Shown in pieces: positions 40,740 to 55,276 of a DNA stretch of 64,000 nt. The number at the start of each line of letters is the position of its first letter. Within the stretch, counting starts at the first letter, position 1. Source of the DNA: Zootoca vivipara (lineage: Eukaryota). The notes under the pieces are model-generated. The model ran no database searches, had not been told where the DNA came from, and saw nothing but the letters and a program-made list of their open reading frames with translations. The stretch covers positions 44,020,001-44,084,000 of the forward strand of contig NC_083286.1 in the NCBI RefSeq assembly GCF_963506605.1, given 5' to 3'. Both the position numbers and the translations under genes were made by a program.

Positions 40740-41020
40740 GCGTTCTTGGTGTGAAGGCCAGCGTTAAACTCTGCACAGTTAAGCTGGAATTCGTTGTCAG
40801 AGGTTATAGTGATGGCCACCAACTTGGGTAGCTTCAAAAGCATTTTAGGCATGTTCATGAAGGACAAGACTATTGATGGCTGCTAGTTATGATGCCAACA
40901 TACTAGCTCCAGCAGCAGAGGTGGCATGTGTCTGAATGGCTGTTGCTGAGAAACACAAGCGAGGAGAGTGCTGTTGCATGCACGTCTTTGGTCTGATCCA
41001 GCATTGCTCTTGCTATGTAG
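40740..41020 (+). mobile_element. Old CR1 3' region
   Basis: gtgatggccaccaacttgg...ttcatgaaggacaagactattgatggctgctag...ggtctgatccagca; related ends at ~37100-37240, ~46760-46895 and ~53480-53697 (-). Confidence 0.65.
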
Positions 41021-42811
41021 TATCCAAAAGAGCCTTTAAACCTGGAGCCCCAACTCCCTAAGATTATAAGGCAGGGATGGGGAAACTTGTGCCCCTCCTG
41101 TTCTGGGGGTCTGATTCTGACTCCTCAGTTGGAAACATAGAAGTAAGGTGAGCTGATGTATCGGGGATATTTAACCAGTCTGGTGCTCACTGCTGACAAT
41201 CCATTCTTACTCTGAAAGATTGCACCAAGTTCTCTGCCTTGGACTCAGTTTTGGGTGGATTTGAGAATTTATTTTATTTCATAAAAATTTATATTGTTTT
41301 TTTTAAAAAAACACCAAAAACCTCAAAGTACTTTATAAAAAGAGAAGTCTCTGGGGCAGGTTTTTCCAGCTGGAGATCATCTCAGAAGGATCCAGGGGTT
41401 AGGCTGTTGTAGGACCCAATCCTTTCAGCTGGGAACTTTTCAAGGAAAATATTTCCAGACATTCTCTGTTTGCATAGATGAAGAGCTTTTAGGATCATAT
41501 GGACATACTCAACTGATTCATACAGGAAATGTTTGTACTTCTGTAGTGTAAAAGTATTCAGTTAAAGGTATTCGACAGAAGGGCTTGTAGCTGAAAATCT
41601 TACACCTTTGGTTATTTCACCTTCCCTTATATAACCTTGGTAGTAGGTCTCATGTGTTTTGCAAAAGGACTAGGTTCATCTTTCTGAATTAGCTACGCGC
41701 ACCAAACAAAAAAAAACCCTTTACCACAAAACATGGCTCATATGTACAAATCAAAAGCAGCCAGCTTTCCATCCCCAGTAATTAGTGCAATATCAGCCAC
41801 AATGTCCTGACAGCAAATATACTGCTTTTATAACATCTGGTGCTGAGGACGAAACAGTGACCTTCCTCATAATGACCTTTCGGTTTAATCCCTTTTGAAA
41901 ATAAATCTTATTATGGATGAGTCAGCAAACAGCTCTACGGTGTTTGCTGTTTACAGCTTGCATTTTTCAGGCAGCAGAAAATGCAGATCTTAATATATAT
42001 GTTTTAGCCTTTTCCTTTCTACAGCATCCCTCTGTGAGGTTAGTAATTTTTTTAGTCATCATTTTAGTGAGTACTCTACATGATCTGCTTGTGATCTTCC
42101 CCTGATGCTCTAAAATCTATAATGTTTGGACTAAAGCAGGATTGCTCCTTGAAATGCCATACCTCCTATGGTTGTTTTGGCATTAGGAATCTCAGATGTT
42201 GGGGGACGGTTAGGCCAGGGGTTGGGAACTGAATGCAACAGGCAGATAATCCTCCTCAGTCCTCACAGACTTAATGATGAACATTACACCTGCAACCAGC
42301 ATTTAATTCCAGCTACCGCTGGGCCAAGTTAAGAATGGATGGATCAGTCTCTTTCCATTCCATAGAAATATGTCCATTCACAAATCCATGTAATCCTATT
42401 TCTACATTAAATTTAAATATGTATTTTTAAAGGATTAAATATGTAATTTCAGCATTTTTGTCTCGATATACACATTTCTAACCATAGTTTATCCCAAATA
42501 TATACTTTTGTATTATATAATTATTATAATAGATGCATTTATGAGAATGCAACTATCCTTTTTATACAGATCTGGTATAACTTAGTGGCTAATGTAGTAT
42601 GTGCTGAAAGGCACAGCTCAGTAGTAGAGTCTATATGTGGCATGGAAAAGTCCCAAATTCAGTCTGCAGTTGGGAAAGATCCCTATCTGAAACCCTAGAA
42701 GAGATACTGTCAGCCAGTGGAGACAATACTGTGCTTGATCTGACTTCCTTCCTATTTTCTTATGAGTCAGGACACCCCAAATTCAAGTATCACATCAGCC
42801 ACGATCACTGA

Positions 42812-42953
42812 CATAGAGTTGGAAGGAACCCCGAGGCTCATCTAGCCCAACCCCATTCAATGCAGGAGTCCTACCTGCAGTTGTCCCTGGGTGGCCTCGA
42901 ACCACCAACCTTCTGGTTAACAGCCAGGCACATGGACCCATTGAGCCACAGGT
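42812..42953 (-). mobile_element. tRNA-Asn-headed SINE with CR1 tail
   Basis: Reverse complement gtggctcaatggg...ggctGTTaaccagaaggttggtggttcgaggccacccagggac aligns to tRNA-Asn-GTT, followed by cctgcattgaatggggttgggctagatga...ttccaactctatg. Confidence 0.85.
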
Positions 42954-43504
42954 CTCACAGAAGATACGTTTGCTTGAAGAACACATTATCCATCACTGCC
43001 AGTGTTCTCCTGTAGTGGTTTCAGCTGGTGGAAAAGACAACATGTGTTCCAGGTCATTTCTAGACTTCTAGTTAGGCCCAGCAGTTGTGGCTGGGATCCC
43101 ATGTGAACTGTGTGGCTGCTCTAAAACATGAACATGACTCATGTGAAGAGTGCTGGCACTCAATGGCCAATATTCAAATGGCCATGGGTCCAATGCAGGA
43201 GGCCATTGTTTCCCCCATGGGAAAAAGTTCAAAAGCCAGGCTATATAGAAAGAAGTTTTTGACCACACGGTGCGCTAACAAAAAGTCTTTCCTGATTTAT
43301 CCCCTCAAAACTTTGTGCAGTGTCAAAGCGAGGGAGAAACCACGGTTCTTATTATCCTTTCACTCCCTCTGCTAATAGCCACACATTAGCCTTTTTCTTT
43401 TATGATGTTAGTAATTCACTCATTATGGCTTTACCCCATTATTTTTTAAAAGCCTATTGCATTAATATACTCTTTTTTCCCCTTTACATTTCCTCTTTTT
43501 CTAG

Positions 43505-43762
<258 letters not shown>

Positions 43763-45329
43763 TGAAGTTTTTCTGAATGTGGCTTGGGTTGGGAGAACTT
43801 TGCTAGCTTGTCTCCAATTAGACCTAACAGGCAAACTAAAAAGTTATTGCAATGATATGTTTGTTTAAAATATGGTTTACTGTTCCTGTTTTGCTTCTAA
43901 ACAACTCAGTTATGGAATTTCAATTATTATGTAATGCATTGCTAAAAATCACCCTTCTTAAGAAGAGGATTGAAAAACCACCAACCTGGGAAAATTCAGC
44001 AAACTTATCTTCCCAGTTCCTCCACTCCACCCTAGTACCCAGGAAAACAATATTAAGACCAGATTTCTTTTTTAAAAAATAGGCCAGGTTCACAAATCAC
44101 TTTACAAGCTTAACGGTGGTTTAAAAGTGAACATACAGTGTGCTAGTGCAGAGGGAGAGAAAAAAATCTTAGCTGCTTTGCTCTTTGCTATGTGCTGCGC
44201 TACTGGGAACTAAGCCATGGTTTGGCTCAGCGTTACATCCACATTATGGTTTATCTCTCTGCAAACAAACCACAAGCTGTTTTTTCTTGGCCTACTACTT
44301 GTGGTTTGTTTGATAGAGACAAACCATGAACCTGAGTTTGGACAGAGTGTTAAGCCAAATCATGGCTTAGCTCCCAGTAGTGCTGCAGCAACAGGAGCGG
44401 AAGGAAAGTGAAGCAGCTATTCTTTCCTCCCTGTACATTTGCCTTTAAGCTACAGTTAAGCACAGCTGTGGTGGTTATAAGTGATGTATTAAAGAGGCTG
44501 GGGAATCTCAGCCCTTGCTGAAGAAGAATCAGCATAGCTTCTCTAAAAGAAAGTCTCACCTTACTGTAGCAGGGTTGGTCAATAGACTCTGAAGTCACAA
44601 AGTACTGAGAACCAAGTGGAACTGGGTCATCTCAACTTATCCAGCAAATAATGCACTTTGCAGCTTCGACAAGCTCAATATTTTTGCATTTTATCCAACT
44701 AATGGTGACTGCAGCATAAATTCCTTCTTTGTTTATAAGCATGAATTTGCTATTAGCATTATCAAAATGTCATGCTCATTAATTGTTAAGCTCTGATATA
44801 GAATGGCAAATGCTAAAACTTCCATGCCTGATAATGCTTAATGTCGACATTTTTTAACCTTTCCAAACTACGCTTTCCATGTACTGGATAACAAATTGCA
44901 TTTCTCTTGCACACGAGGCGCAACAATTCACATTCCCCCCCCCCAAGTTGAACCTAGGTAAAAAATATACGAGTGAGCTAACAAAAACACATGAAAATGC
45001 TTTACTCAAGAGGTGAACTTCTGAAAATATGAGCAGGAGAACTGAAATGATTATGCTGCACTAACTACAGTAGGTCATTGCTGTTCCTGTTGTAATTGCA
45101 TTGTGATTTCAGTTGTTCTAAAAAAATTCACTGCATAAAAACTTTCAACAGCAATCATTTGATGACAATGCATAATTATCTGATGGGAGATTTTAATTAT
45201 GTTTGTGGAAACTTGACAAAGCCGACTGTAGGAGCACGCTATGAACAGGCATGGCATTGATCAATTTACTTAAGAACAGGATCACAGAGAAGCTGATCTC
45301 CAATTAAGCCCTAGTTCTCACAAATAGCA

Positions 45330-45967
45330 GGTGAGGAGTGTGGTATCCACCTCTTACGCCCCCGAGGCCCCATTGCCATCTGAGGGAAGGGTGTTCCTGG
45401 CCAACACAGAGGCTCTGCTCAACCTAGTCTCCCGCTTTAAAGAACAGCTCCCACCAAACAAGGCTGTTCTTTATCAATCAGCCTGGGGTCCCCCTAAAGC
45501 TTCTTTAGTGTGGTATTATAGTATTAAGAGTTTGGGTGGGTAGGCTGTATGCCTGGGCCCCCCTTCTAATTCCTAAAATAGCAAGGCTAGCTTCCTGGTG
45601 GTGTAATAGCCTAGGTAATGGGCCATTAAAGGAACAAAGGAGGAGGTTTGGTGCCAGAGGACAAATGAGTGGGTCCCTCTCCCTCTCCTGGCTGGTAGTT
45701 AGAGAGACAAAGGCCTGAGTTGAGAATTCGTTGTTTTGAGCTAGAAGTAGGAAGAAAAGCTACATCCTGGGAAGTTTGAGAGTCAGAGAGATGCTTGATC
45801 TCAGAATCCAAGGCTGCAGCTATGCAGGAAAGAAACGCCCTCTCAGGTTGTTAATGCTGTGATCCCCCCCATCTTGGCTCAGGTTGTATATATGGGTAAA
45901 TAAACCATATATCACAAAGACACCACAGTCTCTGCTGGTTAACCACCTGAAACCTTGAAATCTCACA
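45330..45967 (+). mobile_element. Possible decayed solo LTR
   Basis: gtgag...ctcaca ends; gtaaataaac poly(A)-like signal at ~45896; no TSD found. Confidence 0.4.
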
Positions 45968-48579
45968 CCTCAACTCTCAGAAGCATTTTTCTCTCAAGGA
46001 GCACCCTTGCCTATCTCCCAGGCTTACCAAGATTTTCCTTCTCATGTTGAGTTCCACCTTGAACTGCCTGCTTTCCCGGTTATCCACCTGTTTATATAGA
46101 TTCCCTTTGTCAGTTTCCTACTGACAGCCACCTCCCAGCCACCCTGGGGAATGCCTGCGTTCACGTCAGCTTGTAGAGCCATGCTATATGAAATGTAATG
46201 GCCCATATTTGTCTTAGCTCTCTTTGCTGCTCTTCATAAAACAGAATGTAGCGCTTTGCAGAACTACACGAGTAAGCGGAATAAACGGTTGAGTCTGGAT
46301 CCAGGCTTTCCTAGCCATTGACGGAATGATTATCGTTGAAAACAATTAGATAGGTCCAGGTGCTAAGCAGGCATATCGAAAACACAGGTGACTTTGCTTT
46401 AAAAAAAGTCTGTCCTGTAGAATTGCTGGCATCCATCTGTCTTGGGAGACGATGGAGGAGTGCGTCTTTGCGGCTGAGGTCAAGCTATTGGAAGGTTGCA
46501 ACACCTGCTGTGGCTTTAGAGACTGATGCAGGACAGACATGTTTTGTTGCAGCTGGGGCAGAGGAAGGCGTCCAGTTGTGCTGCTGCAGATGCACTGTGG
46601 CATTTCTTCTCTCTGCGTTCCTCCCAGCAGCCATTTCTCCTCTGGTCAGTGCTATGGATACATGACTTGGCTGTCTGTCTCCAGGCACTTCAGTTGTCTG
46701 CAGTGGATTCCCACATGGCACGGTTGACAATTACTACGAACTTCTTCGAAAACAGGTCCTGCTGTTGGGCTTTCCATAGGCATCTGATTGGCCACTTTAA
46801 GAACAGGATGCTGCTATTAAGAACTTTAAGAAGTGGCTATTGGCCACTTTAAGAACTAGATGAGCTATTAGCAAGATCCAGAGGCTGTTCTTGTGCTCTT
46901 AACTGTTGAAAACAATAGAGCAAATGGTCTTCTCCAAATTAAACTTGTATGCATCCAAATATACACTTGCTGAATCCCATTAACATCTATTTTATAACTT
47001 CTGAAATGTTTATTGGTTACAGATGCAACTCATAGAAATAGGCTTCTCTTCTGGGTGGCCATACATTAAGTATTTCCTCATCATTTTTTTTTTAAATGAA
47101 AAAGTTCGCGTAGACCCCCAAAACCAGTTGCCTTCAGTTATCTTTGAAATCATTGGGACTTGAACTGACTTTAGAATAGTTTGTTTAAAACTGTTTAAAT
47201 ACTGCATTTTACATCACTGTGACCTGCCCTGGAATTTTTGGGTGAAGGGTGGGGGTAATAATATTTCATCCTACAAACGTTGGCACAAACGTCTCCCTAA
47301 ATTAAAAATTTCTATGTGCCATCAATGATGTTTAACAGAATGGGGATGAAAAAAAAAATCTGTTTTCTATTCCAAAATGAGGAAAACTGCACAATATGTT
47401 GGAGAAAAAAAAAAAAGGATGTTTGAGACACCCAGGTTATTATTTGAGCCCAGGAACAACCGTGTTGGTCATGCTGACAAGTTGGAAGCAGTTGAATGAA
47501 CTGCGGGTGGCTCAGTACCAGCAGATGTGTGGAGCCAAACATTGACTGAAAATGCCATACCAAGAATTGCAGCTAAATAAATGCTAATGCTAATGAAAGG
47601 ATTGATGGACAAAAATAAATAAATTAAAATCTAGGCATGAATCTGCAAAAGTAGATTTTTATTTCATACATTCCCTTCTGGGCTGGCAATGTTGGGAGCA
47701 GATGTGAATGTTCCCTTTGACACACAGAGAAAGACCAATCTCCATCTTTTGTGCCACCAAGAGGCATTCAAAGGATTCATTCCAGCCAGGCAAAAGATGG
47801 GCGTGAAGTGAAGCCCATGGGGGATGTAGTCCGGGCAGGATGTGAAGTCTTGGGAGATTACTTGAGGGCCATGGCTGGTCCTGAAATTCCTCACTCCCTT
47901 CCAAAAGAAGAAACCCAAACGCAGATGTGATTAGCAGTGGCACATTTAGCATCATGCACAGCTAATCCCATAGGTTTGTGTGTGTTGTTGTTTTTAATTA
48001 AGGGGGAAAGCCTAGGAGGAGGAGGAGGAAGCAACTGAGTTTTGAGGGACATGAAAAATAACACTGGGACAATAAGAGACTAGTGCCCCGTTGCTGAGTG
48101 ATAAGATTTCCAGACTCATGAATGCTAGGATAAAAAATGCCAGGGACTCTCTCCGGCGATGTGCCTTATTGTTAAACCGTCTGGAGAATAGCATTCCACT
48201 AGCTGACCTTGCTCACAGGGGTTTCTAGGGCATCATTACTTGCTTCTTGCAGATAATAACAAGTAATGCAGTGGGATGGCATCGGTCAGAGAAGTGTTCT
48301 TTGCAGTTCCTTAAAGCAGCTCCAAGTTCGTGTAAAAAAATATATGAAAAGAAAGTCTTGGCACTTTGAATATGATGAAAGATATTTGCGCCTGACTATT
48401 ACCCAGGCTATAATTGGTTCCATTAGTTTGTTTCATGGGGGTGAAGAAGAAACTTCAAAGCTGTGCAGGGAATCGTGTTTGCCACTGATCCTATGGATAG
48501 TAAGATAGTTATTTCATAGTACACAACACTACAGTATAATCCATTAAATTATAGCCAATTTATAGCAACAGAAAATTTA

Positions 48580-49145
48580 TTTATTTCCTCATTTCTATAT
48601 GGCTCTCCATAACAAAATCTCAGAGTGGCTTACAAAAATATATAAAATAACATTCGAAATACAGAAAACGGAAACCTACAGCAGGAAGAAAATACTCCTT
48701 ACAGACTGTTGACCAAATCAAGCTGTTCCTATAGCTTGAGTGAAAGGGTGTCTCTTAAGCAGCCTATAGACCCGACATGAGGAAGAAGCCCAATGCACCT
48801 TCAGAATCAGGGAGTTCCATAAAGAGGGTGCTACGTCTGAGAAGGTGCTACGCTGGGTCCCCACCCCCTGCACACTTCTCAGGTGCGCGATTATAAGGAG
48901 GGCCTCCTCCATAGATCCTTTCTGCCAGGCTGACACATATTAAGAGAGGCACTCAGTTGGGTCCTTGGATCCCAAACCATTTAGGGCTGTGTAAGACCAA
49001 ATAAGTATCTTAAAGTAGACTCCATAGCAAGTAGGCACCCAGATCATGGGAAATAACTCACTCAGTAACTGAGCAGAGTCATTCTGCACCAGCTGCAGCC
49101 TCCAAACCATCTTCAAGGGAAATGGGTTGAGGGCTGGATGCACCT
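48580..49145 (-). mobile_element. Old L2 fragment
   Basis: Minus frames RLQLVQN..AQLL and TFSDVAPSLWNSL are L2 ORF2 C-terminal motifs. Confidence 0.7.
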
Positions 49146-49299
49146 TGAGTCTGAGATCCAGCAGAGTTCTGTTTTCTAAGCAGTACTTGGATTCTCTGCA
49201 TGTCCAAGTAATAGAAAAATGATCAAAATCCAGTCTGCCTTATCAGCAGTTAGATGTGACTACAGAAGGTTAAATTGGTCAATTTTGGTTTCTCAATTT

Positions 49300-49435
49300 C
49301 AGGCATCCCCAAACTTTGGCCCTCCAGATGTTTTGGACTATAATTCCCATCTTCCCCGACCACTGGTCCTGTTAGCTAGGGATCATGGGAGTTGTAGGCC
49401 AAAACATCTGGAGGTCCGCAGTTTGGGGATGCCTG
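49300..49435. mobile_element. hAT MITE (caggcatcccc family) nested in an older repeat (~49265-49818)
   Basis: Perfect TIRs; perfect TSD ctcaattt. Confidence 0.93.
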
Positions 49436-50496
49436 CTCAATTTTATAACCTTCAGTTCTCCACATTTCCAAGTCAGCTGTGATTTTTTTTTGAAGTCCTC
49501 ATGAGAAGTCATCAGAATTTTAGTGTAGTGTAGCTTTATCTTTTAAATGTATGCATGCCATTTTGCCAAAACTGCACATTTTTTGCAAAGCAGTTCCCCC
49601 AGAAATAATGCATTTATGTATTTAATTTTCAATTGTATATGCGTGTTTATGAGCGCTTTACCCCAATGTATGCATTTATGTACTCATTACTTGGCTGGAG
49701 AATTACACTGCAGAATTCAAATAAGAAAGGATTTCAAAAGATGGCTGTGTTTCATTCCCGCTTTGTTTTGGAAAGTGCAAATCAAATGCGAACTGAATCA
49801 AATTTCTCCCCATCCTTGAGAAGTGACACACTAGAAGTTGGATGGTATTATTTCTGCATCACCATGACAAAGCCTTAATACATAGCATTGTAGGGGAGAC
49901 CTATTCTGAACACCTTACATTGGATACTTCAGCATCTCTCATTGCATGCCATTGCATGCTCCATTGTAGCTCTGCAGATCAGATCAGATCAGCCCCAGAA
50001 AATTATAGCCTGGTTGCTTTTTCAAGGTAGGAGACAGCTGCAGTTCTACAATGCAAGTTGCGACAGAGCTATAGCAGCACAGCAAACCCAACTTGTGAGA
50101 AAGAGGTTAATACCCTTTCTGAGCCATTATTTAAAGTTCAGAGCTGGCCTATTTTTAGATCGTAGTGTGAGAAGACGTTGGCTGAAAATAGATACAGATC
50201 ACGTCTCCTTGTAGAATATAGAACATTGGGACACTTCATTTTCAGAGAACATAATTGGTATTTGGGATATAACCTCCCTGCTTTCAACCTTTCGTGCACT
50301 GTAAAAGGAGATTTGTTATAAAAACCTCTCATCTTATGTGAGTATTCCTAAGAACACAGAGCACAGCAAAGGGTGGGGCGGGGGGGGGGCTTTAGTTAAG
50401 ATTCGGTTTTGCTAGCCCATTTTGGGTGTGGCTAAGGTCAAGTTGTCCCCAAGTTTCCTTTGTCTTGGTATTGTTTTGGCAGAACTAACGTTTAGC

Positions 50497-50737
50497 CATA
50501 CCTGCCAAGTCCCTGCCTGAGAAATAAGGGACTGGACCGGAAGTAGCAGACCGGAAGTAGCGCTGTCGCCATTTTGGAACTGGACAGAGCATGCTCAGAA
50601 GCGACTTTTGATGCTGCTCTGCCCTGTTCCAAAATGGCCGCCGCGTCAGAATAAACCGGGGAAAAACAAAAATTTTGGCTGGGAACAGCTGGAAAAACAG
50701 GGGTTTCCTGGGGAATACGGGAGACTTGGCAGCTATG
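50497..50737. mobile_element. 241-bp hAT MITE, longer relative of the catagctgccaag family
   Basis: catacctgccaagt / acttggcagctatg ends; approximate TSD gtttagc / atttagc; CpG retained. Confidence 0.85.
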
Positions 50738-51396
50738 ATTTAGCTCTGAAGCAGTACACTCTGTAGCAGCAGAATATGTTATCCATTGCAAAAGTAGAAA
50801 AATGAAAAATGCACAATCCCCCACCGTTGTCTTCTCCAATGCCCTGTGGTAGTCCCATCATGCTCAGAAGTTCTTACTTAATGGTGATTTCACTTATTCA
50901 TGTATTGGATGCCAGCTGTACCCAGCAAGAGCAACTCTCCCAGTTGCTCATATATTTTATTCATTGATTGACAAGAGGATTTCTAGGTTGTCGCCCATTA
51001 CACGATCCTAGGGCAGATTGTGCGGCAATAAAAGGGCAACAACAACAAAGAGACCAGTATGAAACCAGATTCAGCACAGCTTTATAAAAGCAATTTAAAA
51101 AACAAACAAACAAACAGCATCATTAAAAATACCCAGGAAGCACAACCTGGGCTTCTGATCTGCAGCAGCAAAATAATTCCTAATGTTTTTTTAAAAAAAA
51201 AAAGAAAGAAAAGCCTGGCCAAATGAGGGATTTGTCACCTAGTGTTGAAATGACCAAAGTCTTGGCACTACCGTAGTTGTGCCTCAAGGGCAGGGCTACA
51301 CAACCTTTCTCAGACCAAGAGCTGAACTTTTTTTCTTGACAATGTTCCAGGGGCTGCATCCCAGCAGCAGGCAAGGCCAAATGCAAAAGTGGGTGT

Positions 51397-51740
51397 GAAA
51401 TTGATTGAATTTATATACCGCCCTATAACTGCAGGTCTCAGGGTGGTTCGCAGAACAAAATCAAAACATAAAACTGCAAAATACATAATCAAAATAAATA
51501 CAGCACAATGACCCCCCCAAAAAACCCTCACATTTTTAAAGGGTATAGGATGTCAATCAAATCAACCAGAGGCCTGATTAAAAAGCAACGTTTTTGCCTG
51601 GTGCCAAAAAGTGTATAATGAAGGTGCCAGGCAAACGTCCTTGGGGAGAGCATTGCACAGACGGGGAGCCACTGCAGAGAAGGCCTGTTCTCGTGTTGCC
51701 ACCCTCCGGACCTCTCGAGGACGAGGCCCACGAAGGAGGG
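51397..51740 (-). mobile_element. L2-like LINE 3' end
   Basis: Minus frame QAFSAVAPRLCNALP; tail accctgagacctgc...agggcggtatataaattcaat. Confidence 0.75.
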
Positions 51741-53017
51741 TTTTACACAGTTCAACTTTACACAGCTGGTTAGTTTCTACCTGGACTCCCCCCCCCATCC
51801 TCCTTCAAGGCAAGAAAAGGGCACTATCAGCATCACAGAATTAGAAGTGTTCATGGACACATCCCAGCCAGACAAAAACTGGGTGTGTGAATCAGGGCTA
51901 GTGACAGATGTGGCTGGGGAGAAGGGAGAGGCTAGAGAGAAAGTGGGGCATTGGGAGAACACTGAGGACCAGAGAGAGAAGCTTGGAGGGCCACCTTTGC
52001 CCCCTAGGCCTGATGTTCCCCGCATCTACTGTAAGGGAAGGCTTTTCCATAGTCAGGGTGACACTATGCACATGAGGAAGGCTGACCCAAAAGCTTTTAG
52101 AGGATTCAGAGTGTGTCACCTGACTTACACTGGCCTGCTTTCTTGCCATTCCTTCCTTTGGCCAGAACTGGACAGTCCTGCCAGGAATTTCCAGATTTCC
52201 AGGTCAAGACTCCCTGTGTGTTGATACTGCTCTAGTGAACACATTTTAACAATTTGATTGGTGAAGGAAATAATACCAGAATGGACTTCCACTGTGCACA
52301 GAAGAGCTCAGGATGGCAGCCTCAATCATTTTGTAAAACTCTATTAGAACACAGTGTTTATCTGTCTAGCTCCAAAGTGTTACGTGCACTGTGCCTTGAC
52401 ACTTACAACATTTTTTGCATTGCCCCCTTGGGCAGTAAGTTCGCAAGGTTTGACATCATTCCACCTTGGCTGACACTAGGAGACCTGGTGTCCCCCCTTC
52501 CACAGCCAGGTGGTGGCACTTTCTCATTCTGGCGGATATGCCAGCATCCGAGTCACTGGCTTGAAGAGATTAGACCTCGTGTCCGGCACCCGGAGACCGC
52601 TCAGGCACTATAAAAATCAACTTCGGTGGAATCGCAGAGGTGGTGATTAACATGCAGGCGTGTTTCAAAATAATTTGAACCACTTCTTGGCGAAGGGAGA
52701 GGAGTCTTATTTCTTACAGAAATGATCTTCGGTTCATAATTAATTTATAAGGTAGGTGAGATAAACGTAATTGAAATGTTCTTCACCACAAGAGACATGT
52801 CAGGCTGTAATAGGCCCGTAAATTAGCCAGTCTTGGCTTTGAGTCATTTGAATGTTCTTTTTAAGATTCCCTGGCCACATGAGTTACTTAAGGAGATAGA
52901 GCCAGGCCGCATTGCCTCTTAAGCAAACTTCCAGGGCCACACACCAGTGGTGGTGGTGGTGGTGGGGAAACAAAGGCCAAAGTGAGCAGATCCATGGTTC
53001 TGAATTGGTTCAGACTG

Positions 53018-53153
53018 CAGGCTTCCTCAAATTCAGCCCTCCAGATGTTTTTGGCCTACAACTCCCATGATCCCTAGCTAGCAGAACCAGTGATCAGGGA
53101 TGATGGGAATTGTAGTCTCAAAACATCTGGAGGGCCAAATTTGAGGAAGCCTG
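53018..53153. mobile_element. hAT MITE (caggcttcctcaaa variant) interrupting a SINE head
   Basis: TIRs caggcttcctcaaatt / aatttgaggaagcctg; no clean TSD. Confidence 0.85.
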
Positions 53154-53285
53154 GGTTAGAGTGTGGTGCTGAAAATGCCAAGGTTGCAAGTTGCCCCTGT
53201 ATGGGACAGCTGCATAGTCCTGCATTGCAGGGGGTTGGACTAGAATATCAGGGTCCCTTCCAACTCTACAATTCTATGATTCTAT
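53154..53285 (+). mobile_element. tRNA-Ile-headed CR1-tail SINE (second copy)
   Basis: ggttagagtgtggtgctgaaaatgccaaggttgcaagtt followed by cctgcattgcagggggttggactaga...ttctatgattcta. Confidence 0.82.
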
Positions 53286-54997
53286 TACTCTTACCTTTGT
53301 GGTAGGCTACATTCCATTCATACAGAAGTCAGAGGCTTCTACCGTCCATGTATACACACCTCTCCACCCACCACCCAAGCAAACAAGAGACATTCATAAG
53401 GCTGAAGGACACAGGCAAAATCTCCTGAAGGACAAGAGCAGGGCTGGTGAGGGCTGTGGTCCTGGGAGAGTTCCGAGGACAGAAAAACACAAGAAGAAAC
53501 TGTTGGATCAGGTCAAAGGCCCCTCCAGTGTAGCATCCTGTTCTCACAGTGGCCAACCAGATGCTATGGGAAACCTGCAAGTAGGATTTGAGCACAAGAA
53601 CACTCTCCCCTCCTGTGGTTTCCAGCAAGTGGCATTCAGAAGCATTGTTGCCTCTCACTGTGGAGGCAGGACATAGTCATCATGGCTAGTAGCCATCATT
53701 TCAATCTGATTTGTTAGCAGTATACAACACTTTGCATGGGGATTTTTTAATCATCCACAGATTTCATATTTTTGGGTGTACTTCTCTATCACCTTCCTAC
53801 CTGCAAAAAAAAAGTCTGTCCCCCCCCTTCTTCTCTTTTAATGTGGATTTGTTGTCATTGGGCAGCAGATTGCATTAATTCACTTCAATTCCACAAACTT
53901 TGATTTCTGGGTATGTGCTTGAATCACTCCCACAAAAAACTGGCAGTCTGGAAGTGCCCCAAAATGGAATGAAGGAATGAAGATTCCCAACCTGAAACTA
54001 TACGCAATCTACACATTCACCAGTTTCTGGTTTCTGTGCCGTCACCAGGAATTCCATGTACCTTTTATAGCATGTCCCTTTCTTTAAAAATGAAATCTGA
54101 GAGTCGCGGGAAACTGGCACCCAGTGCCACATCCTGTGGTTTGCAGAATCATGACGAACACATTATCCTTGACCTTCCTTATCCAAGTGGCAGGGTTGTG
54201 AAAGAAGCATTTCCCACATTAGATGTCCTCAGGATGAGTGGCATGCCTCAACCCTTGTTGGCAACCCCATGTCCTCAACTCCATGCAATTTGGGCTTAGA
54301 ACGACTTAACTCCTGTTCTTCTTTTCCCTTTCATACCGCCGTGCCTTTTTAGCTCTGTTCTGTAGGCAAAAGGACTAAATTGACTGAAGTCCCACTGCTC
54401 CCACTTAACGAGCTTGTGGGATGCAGCCATCATCATAATTTAATCACTCCCCAGACTGCTTCTATCTTCTATCCACACACTGGTAATTGCTAAGGTAATA
54501 TTTGCTGCTTGTTTGATGTGGGGTTTTTTAAAAAAGAGAGAGAGTTTGCAGAGGTGACAAAATCCTGTTGGTCTTCCTGCCTTTTTTCTGAGCAACTTGC
54601 TTGTTTGGATCACCAATTATTTTTTTGAAAATATTTTCATTGATTTGCATTGAAATAAGTGCGCCTGCACATACACAGTCCAGGAAGTACTTCTGGGCAA
54701 ATCTGAATCAACAAGGCATGCACGAAAGCACATATTTGCTCCTAACACAGCTGCCACTCGTTTCTGTTGGGTGTATACACAGAAGACATTCCTAATGAAT
54801 CATTGTGTTTTTAGCTTCAACTTCTTCCTCGCCAGTCGACTAGCTGTGTGTATATAGTTTTGTGGTGCTAGATGTCTGAACTAGATTGCCTCTTGATCTT
54901 GCCGCATGATTCTGTGTCTTTCTCACTTTTCCATTTAATTTCCTTCCATCTGAACATGCCTTTCTAATGACCCAAATTATTTTTCTCCCCTTTTTAG

Positions 54998-55276
<279 letters not shown>

